Below are positions 51,301 to 63,672 of a stretch of 64,000 nucleotides of DNA, piece by piece. This DNA comes from Asterias rubens. Lineage: Eukaryota. Under the pieces are notes generated by a model that worked only from the letters and a program-made list of their open reading frames with translations, did not search any database and was not told the DNA's origin. How positions within the stretch are numbered: the first letter of the stretch is position 1; every line of letters begins with the position of its first letter. The DNA is taken from assembly GCF_902459465.1 (NCBI RefSeq), contig NC_047065.1, forward strand, positions 744,001 through 808,000, read 5' to 3'. The position numbers and the translations under genes were made by a program.

Positions 51301-54300
51301 AAACAACATCAACACACACTTATTGTCTGACAACATTTTGGGGAAAAACATGACATTTCCACTGACAAATTCTCCGATCATAGAAAATTAATAAAATCAA
51401 GATTCAGATGTTCTCTATCCATTGAAAACAATCAAAAACAATCAACCACAATAAATAAAAAACAAAACTCACAACTAAATTAATCCTTGCAAACACCCCC
51501 CCCCCCTACAAGGCTTGCCAAATTGCAGGGTGCTGTGGTGTGGGGCATGCGGTGCAATCCTGCCACTGTTCTTTATTACAAAAATGTTTTTCTGACCTTG
51601 TTTTTCCTCGCACTTGTTTTCGGGGTAGACCAAGGACAAGAAGTATATTAACTGCCTGCTTGTTGACAGAACACAAATGTGCACCACACCCATTTCATCT
51701 GGTCCACTGTGGTTAACTTTTGTGTATGCTGTTAACATTTATACCTTTTTTAAGTTTTAATGTTTTCCAATGGGGGAGTGAATATGTTATAAAGACACCA
51801 AATCAGAAACATATTTTAAAAAAACTAATTACAACCTCAACTGTTCTTGATTTGGGTTTTTTTATTTAAAAGCTGAATTCCTAAATAAAAAGGACTGATT
51901 TGGCTTACCTTAGACTCGGAACAGGAAACGTACGTCTGAGGTTTTGATTCTACGGTTTTGTTAACCAGATCTGTGCAATCTGAAAGATACAAAAGATTGG
52001 AAACAACAATTAAATTTTTTCAATAAACCAGGCCATGCTCTAACTTTGTTTGACTAACCTTCTTGGTTAGTCAGCCATGAATTTGACTAGCCTGCATCTT
52101 GACAAGTCAATGAGATGACATTACCTTTCAATTCAGCCATGCAACATTTTAGCTGAACAGCCGATTTTCTCTTCTTATGAATATGATAAAGAGAATAGTG
52201 TTGTAGAAGTTAAAAACGATACAAAGTTTGTTGTGACTTTTGTTCTCTTGCAAATACAAAATGGCATATTTGTACCTTGAAAATCATACATTAAATCATA
52301 TTGTTAAAAGAGGTAGGTTGCTTGTTTGATAAACCAGCTGGGCTATCTAAGAGACAAGTTTAACAAGCCAACGAGGCTACCCAAGAGCCAAGTTTAACAG
52401 CCAACGAGGCTACCCAAGAGCCAAGTTTGACTGCCCAGCCAGGATACCTAAAAAGTTTGACTGGCCAGCCACTGCCAGGCTACACAGTAGAGCCAAGTTT
52501 TCTTTACTATTTTTGTTCACATTGAGCTAAGATGACTAAATAAACCACCGTTTATAACCAGTATGTTAATTAACAGGCTGGTCTACGAGTTTTAACAATT
52601 ATTTTTAGCTACATCATAAGGCGTTTGTATACCTCAATATTTATGCAGCTAGCTCAAAGAGCGGGTCGTACAGGTAGGATACATAAATCTGTACACCAAA
52701 CTGTTTAGTACAACAAGATAGTCTGCCAGGTTTTTTTTTTCTTCCCCAAAAAGGTGTAACTTACTCTAAAATCCAGACATACATTGAGATATGTTTACGA
52801 TTAAACTTATAAAGGGGGACACCGTTCTGACCCCAAAATCATGTTTTTGGTTATTGATCTGTCATAGTAAACTGGCCCTTTCTTCTGTAAGGATATTAAA
52901 GGTAAGCTACAGCTTTGAAAAAGACTGGAAAAACAACTTATGTTTTTTTATTTTTATTTTTGTGAGAAAGCTTAGTACCGACTGTTATACAGTTGATATG
53001 ACATCCATACTCTAATTAATAGATGGAAATTTGCATCAGTAGGACCTCACTGTGGGTCAGTAGGCCCTCACTGTGGGTCAGTAGGACCTCACTGTGGGTC
53101 AGTAGGACCTCACTGTGGGTCAGTAGGACCTCACTGTGGGTCAGTAGGACCTCACTGTGGGTCAGTAGGACCTCACTGTGTAATATCTTTAAAAAAAACA
53201 AGACGTATTCAAATGATCGTATGCCATAGTTCCTGCTCGAATAAAAACAAAAATGCATGTTAAACTGGTCTGGTCTGGTTAAAGCAATTCTGTGCCAGTA
53301 AACATTTTGAGCAACAAGCCCCTTTGGTCTTTGTGAAATTTCCCTCCAAGTTCTAGCCCTGGTCTTTAGCGAACACCCTTGCGCCATCCCAGTTGCCAAG
53401 GGTGCTGTGTCTAAAACAGTCTCCCTACAGATCTCCCTAAAGATCTCAAACTATGGGTTCTGATATAAAACAGGTAATTCCCGCTTGACGGTCAGTTTAA
53501 ATCCTGAAAAACTTTGAAATAATCCCCCCCCCCAAAAAAAAAAAAAACGTGATAAAATCGGACACATCACAGGCCAGGGTGGTATTAATACCTTTAAGGG
53601 GGCCACCACATTTTGTTCGTAACCCACAAACTTCTCTCCCCCATTGGTGCGCTCCAGGAAGCCAAAATACCTAGGGTGAGACTGGGTTACTGACATATGT
53701 ATGCATTAGTGAAATAGTATTCACTCCACACTGATCCCTGTCCTTAGCTACACACTTAATAATATACAAGCAATCAGTGAGTGAGGTTTGAGATCGACCC
53801 CAAAAAAAAAAATCTACTTATAAAATAGAAAAGCTGTGGAGCCTAACTACATTACAGTCAGGGTTTGGTCTGGGCTGACAGCTGCTAGGCTTGTACTGAT
53901 AACCCCATGGGGATTCAGGGTTCGAACCCAGGGGTAACTCCACTACCATTCACAATGCAGCAGGTGGATACAATGTTAGGCCAAATTAAAAACAAAAACA
54001 TGTTTGGTCTCCCTGCCAAGCTCCCTTTTTTATAGAGTGCCTCCTTTTTTCACTCACTTCCCCCCCCCTTTTTTTTTAAGAAAAAAAATTAAGTTTTAAT
54101 GATCCAAGACAAAGATGAATTAATTTTGAAAAAAAGCCAAGCCGGTTGTTTGTAAAATAAGTCGACCGGCCGGCCAAGTTGTGAAGGAAAAAAAGAAAAG
54201 GGCCCTCCTCCCATTTTTCAAAAAAGCAGGGTGCTAACCGTGTTTTGTATTTTATATGGCCGAAGCTGTTACTAGCAGACCCAGAGAATTCTGTAGCCAG

Positions 54301-56862
54301 GCCTAGATTTATGGCAGGATTTGCTTTCGAGTTATTAATATGAGATGTGGTTTTGTGGTGTACTGTATGGTGTTAGCCAAAAGATTGTCTACTTCAGTTG
54401 TTTACTTTTATTTGTATTTAAAGACTTTTTGTTAGGTAGGTTTTTATAATGTTAGCCAACATACTGTCTTTTGGTGTTAGCCAAAAGACTGTCTTGTGGT
54501 GTTAGCCAAAAGACTGTCTTGTGGTGTTAGCCAAAAGACCATCTTGTGGTCTTAGCCAAACGACCGTCTTGTGGTGTTAGCCAAACGACCGTCTTGTGGT
54601 GTTAGCCAAAAGACCGTCTTGTGGTGTTAGCCAAAAGACCGTCTTGTGGTGTTAGCCAAACGACCGTCTTGTGGTGTTAGCCAAAAGACCATCTTGTGGT
54701 GTTAGCCAAAAGATCGTCTTGTGGTGTCAGCCAAACGACAGCTTGTGGTGTTAGCCAAAAGACCGTCTTGTGGTATTAGACAAACGACTGTCTTGTTGTG
54801 TTAGCCAAAAGACCGTCTTGTGGTGTTAGCCAAACGACCGTCTTGTGGTGTTAGCCAAAAGACCGTCTTGTGGTATTAGACAAACGACCGTCTTGTGGTG
54901 TTAGCCAAAAGACCGTCTTGTGGTATTAGACAAACGACTGTCTTGTGGTGTTAGCCAAACGACCGCCTTGTGGTGTTAGCCAAAAGACCGTCTTGTGGTA
55001 TTAGACAAGAGATCGTCTTGTGATGTTAGCCAAAAGATCGTCTTGTGGTCTTAGCACCCAGGTGCTGTATTATGCTTACTTATCGTAAAAATGTTCCTAA
55101 AGTTAAAGTTATGTGGTAAAACTTACCCTGTGTGCTAACCTTGCAAATGGCGATATATTTGGGGTTGTTGGTTGTCAAACTCTTGTATCAGGAAACATTG
55201 TGTCCAAACTGTTTCATTATTCTGAAATGAGAACATGATAGTGAGAAATGGTTAACTAACTTTTGGCCCAATAGATGACTGGATTTTTGTCTACAGATGT
55301 TTCAATAGATCAGGGCCCAAACATAAAGCTGTTAGGCAGAAAATACTGCTGGACAAATTTCTTTGCTTAGCAAAAATTGAGAGGGGCACCGGTCACCACA
55401 TTGAAACTAATGTAATTTTGGCTGTGAACGGCCGGTAACTTTTCTTTGCTTACACAGGCTTAATGACATTTGTCCCAGTTGATATATTTTTTTCGAAGGG
55501 GGGGGGGGGGGGAGGCTAGGAGGAGGGGGTGGGGGTGATGTTTCCCTTCCCTCAGGCAACATACATGTTTTGACCTTGCAAAGAGGGTTTTGTTTGTAGA
55601 TCTATTAAACCTGTTGATACAGAGGCAGTACAGATAGATGACTGACTGTTTAATGACAGAGCTGTCAAGTGTGTTTATTCACAGCAATCCTGTCAGAACC
55701 AGTCAACAACTAGGGGCCTACCAACTGTTATGACAGGAGCCTGTTAAGTCCCCCTTTGGTCACCTAACCCACTGTCATAAAGCATGTAAGCACAACAACC
55801 TGCTAAGCACAGGAAAATCTTGCTTAGCAAAAACAGGTTTCCAGGAAACACTCCGTAAAGTTCACACTGCAACTTGCGACTTGTGCCACTCTCAGTTTGT
55901 GCTTAGCAGAGAATGTTGTCAAGCAGTATTAGAGGGGGGCGTGGCAGGGAAGGGCGCATCTCCTCCCCAATTCAAAGGTTCGCTGTACTTTCTAACAAAT
56001 CAATGGAAATCTCCCCGTTGAGTACAACATTAGTGACAAGCGCTGTTCCCATTTCCACTTCCCATATACCCCCAAAAAACACCCGCACAGGAAGCGTGCT
56101 GTTAACACTTATTACGAAAACAAGAACATACCTAAATGTACGAATGTGTCAATTTAGAGAGGAATGCAATGGAAGTGTGTCTGAGAATGTAGCAGGGCCA
56201 CAGGTTAACAGAATTCAAACAAAAAGATTCAAGAACAACACCCATTGATCTGGGTCATTATCTTGGCTATCCCATTTCATTTTAGACAGCTCTACGGTAC
56301 CTCTGGGAAATTGTTTCTAAATTAAATTATCTCAATAAAGGCTACAAATCTTTGCAGGCCTGTCATCCTTCACTCTGCCTTCAAGATTTATACAATACTC
56401 TCTCATTGAATTCCACAAACACCATAGAGGCCATGACAACTGTTGCCCTTGTCTTGGCCTCAGTGCTACTCCAATGTTAAAAGTATCTTGGTTTGTTAGT
56501 TCAAGTAGTATGAACTGAATGTTAATATTAACATAGACAGTTGTTATATAGCGCATACCACCAAAAGGTCCTTTGCTCTTTAAAGAGAGAAAGAAACATG
56601 TTGAAAAAGGAAGAAAAGAATGAAATTAATTGTGAAAACATTGATTGAACAAATTTGTTTTAACCGAGGTTTTAAATTAGATCCTGGAGATAAGCAGGGG
56701 GCTATACCAATAATTGTTATTGTGTTTTCTTAAATGTCATATTTTCATTTTTCAGAAGCTGCTGTCACAAGAACACTTCAGATTCGACCTCAATTCAAAA
56801 GGCTCTTCAAATCAGAGAAAACAGACAGTACAAAGAAAACAGACACAACAGACAACAGATAG
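42328..56862 (+). CDS. ZC3H3: ZC3H3 CCCH zinc-finger protein (PAXT-associated), ~1142 aa
   Basis: Phase-consistent exons 42328-42403, 43158-44714, 44836-44974, 45710-45903, 46321-46501, 47017-47184, 47377-47446, 48064-48195, 48993-49171, 49563-50188, 56756-56862 (3429 nt). Five CCCH fingers (YCMFYNLYGRC..CPYIHDPEKVAVCTRFLRGTC..SKEKMPVCSYFLRGVC..CPDFIKGYCPLGEKCKKKH..CPDF). Terminal LQIRPQF resembles the recalled human LHIKPRL. The zinc-finger exons are secure; the last exon is less so. Confidence 0.92.
46830..46873 (-). ncRNA. Minimal type I hammerhead-ribozyme-like motif in a dispersed repeat
   Basis: Minus strand CCU-UCGAGAA-GACUCU(loop)AGGGUC-GAAACGUC-AGG: stem I, variant core, stem II, GAAA, palindromic ACGU stem III, GUC site. 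Confidence 0.5.
47726..47868 (+). repeat. 35-bp SINE-head unit x3 followed by the rest of the SINE
   Basis: cagcattgggctagatggctaagttggtagagcgc at 47726, 47761, 47796; B-box-like ggttgaaatcc near 47855. Confidence 0.85.
48440..48850. repeat. 59-bp minisatellite, ~7 copies
   Basis: cagactttgggtatgaatactttgctaaccgagtataagtataagttgagtagcgagta at 59-bp period (48566, 48625, 48684, 48743, 48802). Confidence 0.92.
50231..50598 (+). mobile_element. TTAA-target MITE (Kolobok/T2-like)
   Basis: TTAA|AGGGAAGGTAGACGTTTGGTAA ... TTACCAAACGTGTACCTTCCCT|TTAA; interior homologous to 12641-13018. Confidence 0.88.
53037..53178. repeat. 21-bp tandem repeat, ~7 copies
   Basis: cagtaggacctcactgtgggt repeated. 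Confidence 0.92.
54455..55035. repeat. 25-bp minisatellite, ~23 copies
   Basis: ttagccaaaagaccgtcttgtggtg with point variants. Confidence 0.93.
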
Positions 56863-57060
56863 GCACGCTTGCCGTAAGCACAGAATTCCCTGCTTCCGTA
56901 AGCGCTGATTCTGTGCTTACGGTAATGAGCCATGAAATTGGGCCCAGGTCTGGTACTTTATGCTGTAAGAGTAGGCTCGACCTTGGAGTAAAATACCACA
57001 GTACTGCAGGGCGTGTAGCTCAACATTTTAGCAGGACCAGAATTTATTTTTCAAGACCAG

Positions 57061-57192
57061 GGGTGGATTTCACAAAGAGGTAAGACTAGTCTTACCTTGA
57101 GCTAGGAAGAGTTACTTGTCTTAACTTAGGATTTGCCTTGAATTGTTAATATCTCCTAAGACTAGTCCTAAGTTCTCGGTGAAATCGACCCC
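57061..57192. mobile_element. MITE of the GG..ATTTCACAAA family
   Basis: gggtggatttcacaaag ... gtgaaatcgacccc; interior similar to 4377-4543. Confidence 0.65.
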
Positions 57193-59905
57193 ATTATGGA
57201 CCCCATTAGCGACCACATTATCGAAAGGAGAGAGAACTTTCTACAGTTGTTACAATATAATATATGTTAAATTTGCATCGGGGATAAAGATTATAAACTT
57301 TGGTTGTTACCCCTTACACCGATGTGTGTTAACACTGTATCCTCAGTAATTTCCAAAATCCTGTGAACAAATATCACAGGCATATTACTCGGGTGGGTCG
57401 TGGGTTCGAGTCCCTACCGAGTAATATCACAGGTATCGGGGAAGTATCGAGTGTTATTTAAACAATCACTGAGAGAGAGAAGATTGATCTCATTTGTATT
57501 TGGGTTAGTTTGGTGCTCTTTACAGGAAGATTCAAGACACAAACAAAGTCAATATTTGAACATCATTTCTGCACAGTGAGGTATGAGAACAACACAAGAC
57601 AGCTGGACTTGTTTTGGTCCTCAGTTTACTGGCCCGATGTTAAAATCACTGGCCTCAGGCCAGCAGTTCAGTGGCCCTGAAGCAATGTTTACCTTATAGT
57701 AAATGGCACATCTTTGAGAAGAAAGGGCACCAAGGCAATTATTAAGGAAAAAAGAAGCTAGTCACAAAGAGGATGAGGGTGGTGTAGGTGTTTCTACATC
57801 ACATTTAGGGAGAAAAAATGGATGAACAAGACTGGTCGTTCATTATGTGAAATCTATTTTTCAAGTTTTGACAAGATCACCTAATATATCTTTCTTAAAA
57901 ACGTGCTTTATTGTTGCACAAGAGCGTTTATTTGTTGTGTATTTAAAAACCAACCTGAATTAGAAATGTATCTTCATATTTTCCTTAAGACAGGACAGGA
58001 AATGCCAAAAGGTAATTGATTGTGTGAATTAAAGTCTGAGAAGAAATTAATCTTAAATTAAAAATAAATTGTTTGAAAATGTAAGAATGATCTAAACTAT
58101 CAAAAGCTGATGTAGGCTCACTAACCAAAAGTGTTTTACTGCCATTAATTAAGAGTGATTACCAAATGTGTACATTCCCTTTAAGTTTCTTGTAATTAAT
58201 TTTAACATTTTGTAAACGGTTTGATTTAGTGTACTATTTAAATGGAGGTTTAAAATGCCTGTTGTTATTGTTGTTGTTATTTATTTAATTTCAATGTGTT
58301 TTGTTTTCATACTCTGTCAAGGACAACTAAACATTGCTAAAAAAAGGAGTCATATTAAATTAGTGAATAATTAGACTTCAGGGCCATTTAAAATAATCAA
58401 TGTTTAAAGGGCTTTTGTTTCTACTTAGAAATTGTCTTGCCCGACCTACTCAACCAAAATTGAGTTTTTTAATTATTGACTGATTGTTTAATGTACCCAT
58501 TTACACAGGAGACAAACGATATGGCCCAAGCGAAGCAGATGTTTGAGGTAAAAATTCTCCAATCTCAGGAGTTTTCAATTGCCACTATGCATATTTTATG
58601 AAGGGAAACCAAATCGCAATTCATAAAAATTTGGAAGTCAATGATTATTCAAAATTGCCCCTCGGTGCAGTCAATTGTTAAGAAAGGTGATGCCAGTTTT
58701 TGCCAAAAAGAAGAAGACGATTTGATTTTTTGATGTTATTCCGTATTTTAATATTAAGATTAATAAAGATAAAGAATTTTCTCAACATTTGTTGATTGGA
58801 CAACTTACCATCGTTTTGTTAGAGTCAGGATCCCTCCTCAAATGACACTGTAAAGAAAGAAAGAAAAACCTAATATTTATGGTCAGTCGCTAAAAATGAG
58901 TGAGCCCTTTGCTTTGATCAACTAGTTTTCAGAAATTCCTTTATAACAAAGTATTAATTTTGTACAAATTATATTGTTTAAAATGTAAATTTTAATTACT
59001 AAATGACTAATGTTTACTGAGTTTCTTTAATTTGGCTTGTTGTTCATTTTAGCTGTTGTTAAAAAGGGGAAATAAAAGCTTCCTTTAATTTGATTTTTTG
59101 CTTGAACAGTTATTTAATAATATGGTAATTCAAATCCAACTGGGTATATGATCACAATCATCCATTGTAGCTAACTGTTTACAAAATGTGTTAAACCCCA
59201 AACAAAAGGTACAATTCGTATAGATACAATGCTAGAATGCTTGATCCCAAAACAAATCATACAAATTGTGCCGCCATATTTCGGCTGTGATAAGAAGCCA
59301 TTAAGTTTTTGCAAAACAAAGGAGTTGGATGTTGCATAACATGGGGGTAAAACAATGGTATGCCTGATCCCATTCGAAGCAAAATCCTAACGAGGTTAGT
59401 CCATTTTGTCGACATATTTTCTCTTCGAAAATATGAAGCCATCAAACTCTTGCAATAAAGGGGTTGGATTTTGCAGAACTTGTGGTATGACGGTGTGAAA
59501 AATAGGGATATGGTGGATGTAAAAACAAGGTGAGTGAGGATTGAGGATGGCAATGTTACATGTAAAGAAGATGCAATAATTGAGTGAACAACGAAAACGT
59601 GACTAAACGGGCATTGAACCTGCGACATCACAGTCAGTTTCCCTTATGGTTTATCACTTGGTAAGAAGTGATTACAGATTGACCAATACAGATAACAGAT
59701 TGACCGGAAATCGTCAATACTTCAAGAAATACCAAACATTTCAGAACTTAAATTGAGTGAAAAGGCTTGTTTTGTTCAGTGAGTTTTTCAAACTTTGTAA
59801 AGTCAGATTGATGCAGATTTTTCAGTTTCGTATGACAAAGCAAAACTTTGTTTAATTGGGAAAATATTTTGGTTGCGAAAAGGAAATTGCACAGCAAAAC
59901 TTTAA

Positions 59906-60284
59906 AGGCAGTGGACACTAATGGTAATTGTCAAAGATAGCCTTCACAGTTGGTGTACCTCAACATATGCATAAAATAACAAACCTGTGAAAATTTGAGC
60001 TCAATCTGTCATCGAAGTTGCGAGATAATAATGAAGGAAAAAAAACACCCTTATCACACGAAGTTGTGTGCGTTTAGATGGTTGATTTCGAGACCTCAAA
60101 TTCTGAATCTGAGGTCTCGAAATCAAATTCGTGGAAAATTACTTCTTTCTCGAAAATTATGGCACTTCAGAGGGAGCCGTTTCTCACAATGTTTTATACC
60201 ATCAACCTTTCCCCATTACTAGTCACCAAGAAAGGTTTTATGCCAATAATTATTTTGAGTAATTACCAATAGTGTCCACTGCCT
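59906..60284 (-). mobile_element. TTAA-target MITE (Kolobok/T2-like), inverted copy of 12641-13018
   Basis: TTAA|AGGCAGTGGACAC ... GTGTCCACTGCCT|TTAA. Confidence 0.9.
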
Positions 60285-62099
60285 TTAAAGAGAATATAGG
60301 GTGATAGACTCTCGGATGAGTACATTGGACTAGAACCAGACGGTGACTAGACCCGGTCCTGATTGGTCAGAACGTTTCCAAACGCACTGCTCCTAGGCCA
60401 ATGACAGAGCTCCACGAGTGAACATAGTGGTGTTAGTTTAATACGAGACTATTAATTGGTTCACCACATTCTCAAAACGGAGACACACAGTGACAGGTTA
60501 AAAACAGGACATCAAGTCTCAACAGGTTTGAAACACAATGATGGATCCGTTAACTCATAGACAGGTCTCTGCGTAACTCATAATATTATCATAAGGGAGT
60601 TCACTAACTATAGAAAATGTTGCTGCGTGTAACTGCTAGATCTGAAGTCCAGACGTCTAACCATTACCACATGGGCACCCCTCGTGGCATTACAACCTTG
60701 CATCTTCACCACATGAACCCCAAGGGGCCATGCTTATCGCCTGGTGGCTCCCATGGGGGTCCTGAAGTCACATTGTATTGTCATTTATCTCTCGGCCAAA
60801 ATACGAGCCCATCTCAAGGGTGCGTCACATCACTGAATGGTTCCTCTTATTTCCAAGATTGTCATACATCTTTCTCACTCTTCTAAACAATTCTTAAGAC
60901 ATTTAAACAGTTTCATAATTCCTGTACGCAGAGTATTTTCTGCAAAACACCTTTTATGAAGTTGGGCCATGGTTCTAGACAAACAAAAACGTTCATTGCA
61001 AATAGGCCATAAAAAAACCAAAACGAAAAGAATTGTTGAAAATGACAAGTTTGTCGTAAAACGAGGACCTCTAAAAGGCACTGGACACTGGACACTATTT
61101 CACTGTGCGTCTTAAAAAGCTTGAAAAAAAAAATTGTGAACTTAGAGGACTTCCTTGTACAACTAAGCACGCATTTCCCCCATTAAGATACACTACATCC
61201 ATATTTTCAAGGAGAAAAAACAATAGGTACCACTGTGTCCATGATGCAGATGCACAAACCAAACACATTGACAACTCATCATGCAATGCCTCAAATCCCA
61301 TATTGAACAGAAAACATAGGACCAAATAACAACGAGATTCTGCAAGACAAATGACGACCTCGAAATGTCTCACATCTGTAGCTGCTATGATTTCGCCCCC
61401 TTCGCCCCCCCCAAAAAGAAATAAACACTGCACTTTTATTAACGGACTTCTGAAGAATACAGCCCCCCCCCCTGTTTCCTGTTGGGGGGCGGTACCACCC
61501 CCTTGAGACGAGTGGTCTCCAAGGGGGACGAACCCCCTTTACCTACAATTCAGGTCAGGGACATAACTCCGATCATTGAGCGCTAAACGGGGTCAAGGAC
61601 ACTGAAAGAGGGACGGGCCATTTGAACTCGGGATTACAAAGACAACAAATACTGAGTTCTGACAGTTTTTATAGAATACTAGATTAGTTTTGGTTGTATA
61701 CCCATATAATACACCGATGTGTGTTAGCACTGTATACTAAGAACGATCCTGAGCTCTGTGGACAAAAAAGAGAGGCATTTTTATTACTCGGTGGGATTCG
61801 AACAAACAAATATTGGTTGATTTTAAAAATGAATTGTATACGTTACCATAAAACTAACCTGTGAAAATTTCATTTAAAAATCTGGAGCGGTTATGTCCAC
61901 ACAGGAAGAGTAATCTGCAATTGAAATACACAATCTGGGAAACCTTACTGTCAGTAACGCTTCTCAGATTAAAATATTTCGGGGTGAGAAGTGATTTCTT
62001 TTTACATAACAGCAGTACTTTAAACAAACTTTCAACATGTTTTACTATCCAAAGCTGCTGAACTTCTTACAACAATTTGTATTGCCATTAATTTTCAGA

Positions 62100-62222
62100 T
62101 TCATTACCAAACATATAAAGGCTCCAAGTTGTGAAGCATTTCATTACCAAACATATAAAGGCTCCAAGTTGTGAAGCATTTCATTACCAAACATATAAAG
62201 GCTCCAAGTTGTGAAGCATTCA
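62100..62222. repeat. 40-bp tandem repeat x3
   Basis: ttcattaccaaacatataaaggctccaagttgtgaagcat. Confidence 0.9.
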
Positions 62223-63339
62223 CAATTATGTGATGGGAACAAACATTGCCGGTATCACGTTTTCCCCTTAGTAATTTGTGTACAATTGGAGCAGATACTG
62301 ACCAGTTCCTGTTTTGAATAGTTATTACCTAATCCTGTGTTGCCGAACTATAGGTGACATGTCAAATTGTGTTATATCAATATTTGCGGTATGGGCGTTG
62401 CATGCATGAGACTATATTAGAATCATGTCAACATCACTGCCAATATTCATATCACATAACCTGCTTTCAATAACACTAAAGACTACTGGTTTTAATTATA
62501 CTGAAAAGGGGTCCAGGCTGTCCTCAAGCGTCGGCTTGGGGAGATGGCAGAAAACAAAATGGCTATTTACACTCTGCTCAAGATTTATTTCTACTTTATT
62601 CGATTTTAGATAAAACTTACAGCATAAACAAAGTTCGGAGGAAAGATTTCAAATTAAACCACAACCTTCAAAACATGGTTATTAACTTATCGACCTAACT
62701 CCATTAGTAGCTCCAATATTTAGTTACAACAATAAGAACTCCCATTAGTCTGTTTTAGTTTCAAACTATATCACAGCAACATGATTTTCCTCTTTGGGCG
62801 AAATCCTATCGCAGTGATCCGCGACGTTATGAAATGACCCCTTAGATCTTAATGCACTTGGCCCGACGGAAAAGTAATAATGTATTGATGGAAATGTTTC
62901 CAACGATGAATTGTGATCACAAGCTTTAAACTTATACAAGCTCACCCCCCCCCCCTTAAATCCAGGGTAGTCTTCCGAGATGTGGCCCCTGACCTACGGT
63001 TCTTATTTCGGCAAGGGTTCCGGCCTGGGTAGACAGGTTCAATCAAGACACCTGTTTTTGATAATACGTTGTTTTGAACTGATTAATTAAAAAAACAAGA
63101 AATCGCGATTGCCATCTTGCTGTATTTGTTTTGGCACTTTTACAAGTGTCACAATTTACAGGCAACCAGTTCCAGGCAATCTCAAAGAAGAGAATCCATT
63201 CACATTTGAATCTTCACAAGATTTTCTCGGGAATCGTAAGACATTGTTGGATTTTTTTCATTTGCTACCAAAGTGGTCCTGTAGCATGCACTGCAGTTGG
63301 TTGCCTCCAAGTTGCCTGTAAAAGTTGGCTCGTGTGAAC

Positions 63340-63672
63340 AAGACCCTTAGTTCTCAATGTAAAATACACTCTTGGGAATGATCTAAGAACCACTCAAGAT
63401 TATGACTCTAGTTTCAAACGATTAGAGTGAATTTTATTAAGAAAGTCCCTTCGAAGAAATCATGGGGTATTCCAAGAAGGCGTTTCTTGACAATGATTGA
63501 GTTCTAAGACCAAATTAAGTAGGATTTGAAACTTTGCATGGTGGAAATACGATATGGAAAGGTCTGCGGTAACACCACGATGACTATCTCTACATGAGTT
63601 GGGTGGTTCTGAAAAGAACCGTTGGTTTCAACTCGAAGTTTCGATCAGTTTGCTCTGATCGTCTTCTGGATA
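63340..63672. mobile_element. Dispersed repeat ending in a degenerate hammerhead-like motif
   Basis: Shares gtaggatttgaaactttgcat..gcggtaacac and the gaaccaccc/gttgaaacc segment with 28360-28490; hammerhead-like motif on - at 63632-63671. Confidence 0.6.

Noticed and set aside
60290-60890. CCAAT-containing segment and 89-aa ORF as a promoter, LTR or gene
   Set aside because: No second LTR, no splice structure, no recognisable product.
62955-63060. GC-richer two-hairpin segment resembling an H/ACA RNA, HDV ribozyme or group II domain V
   Set aside because: Could not complete the required pairings or boxes for any of these classes.
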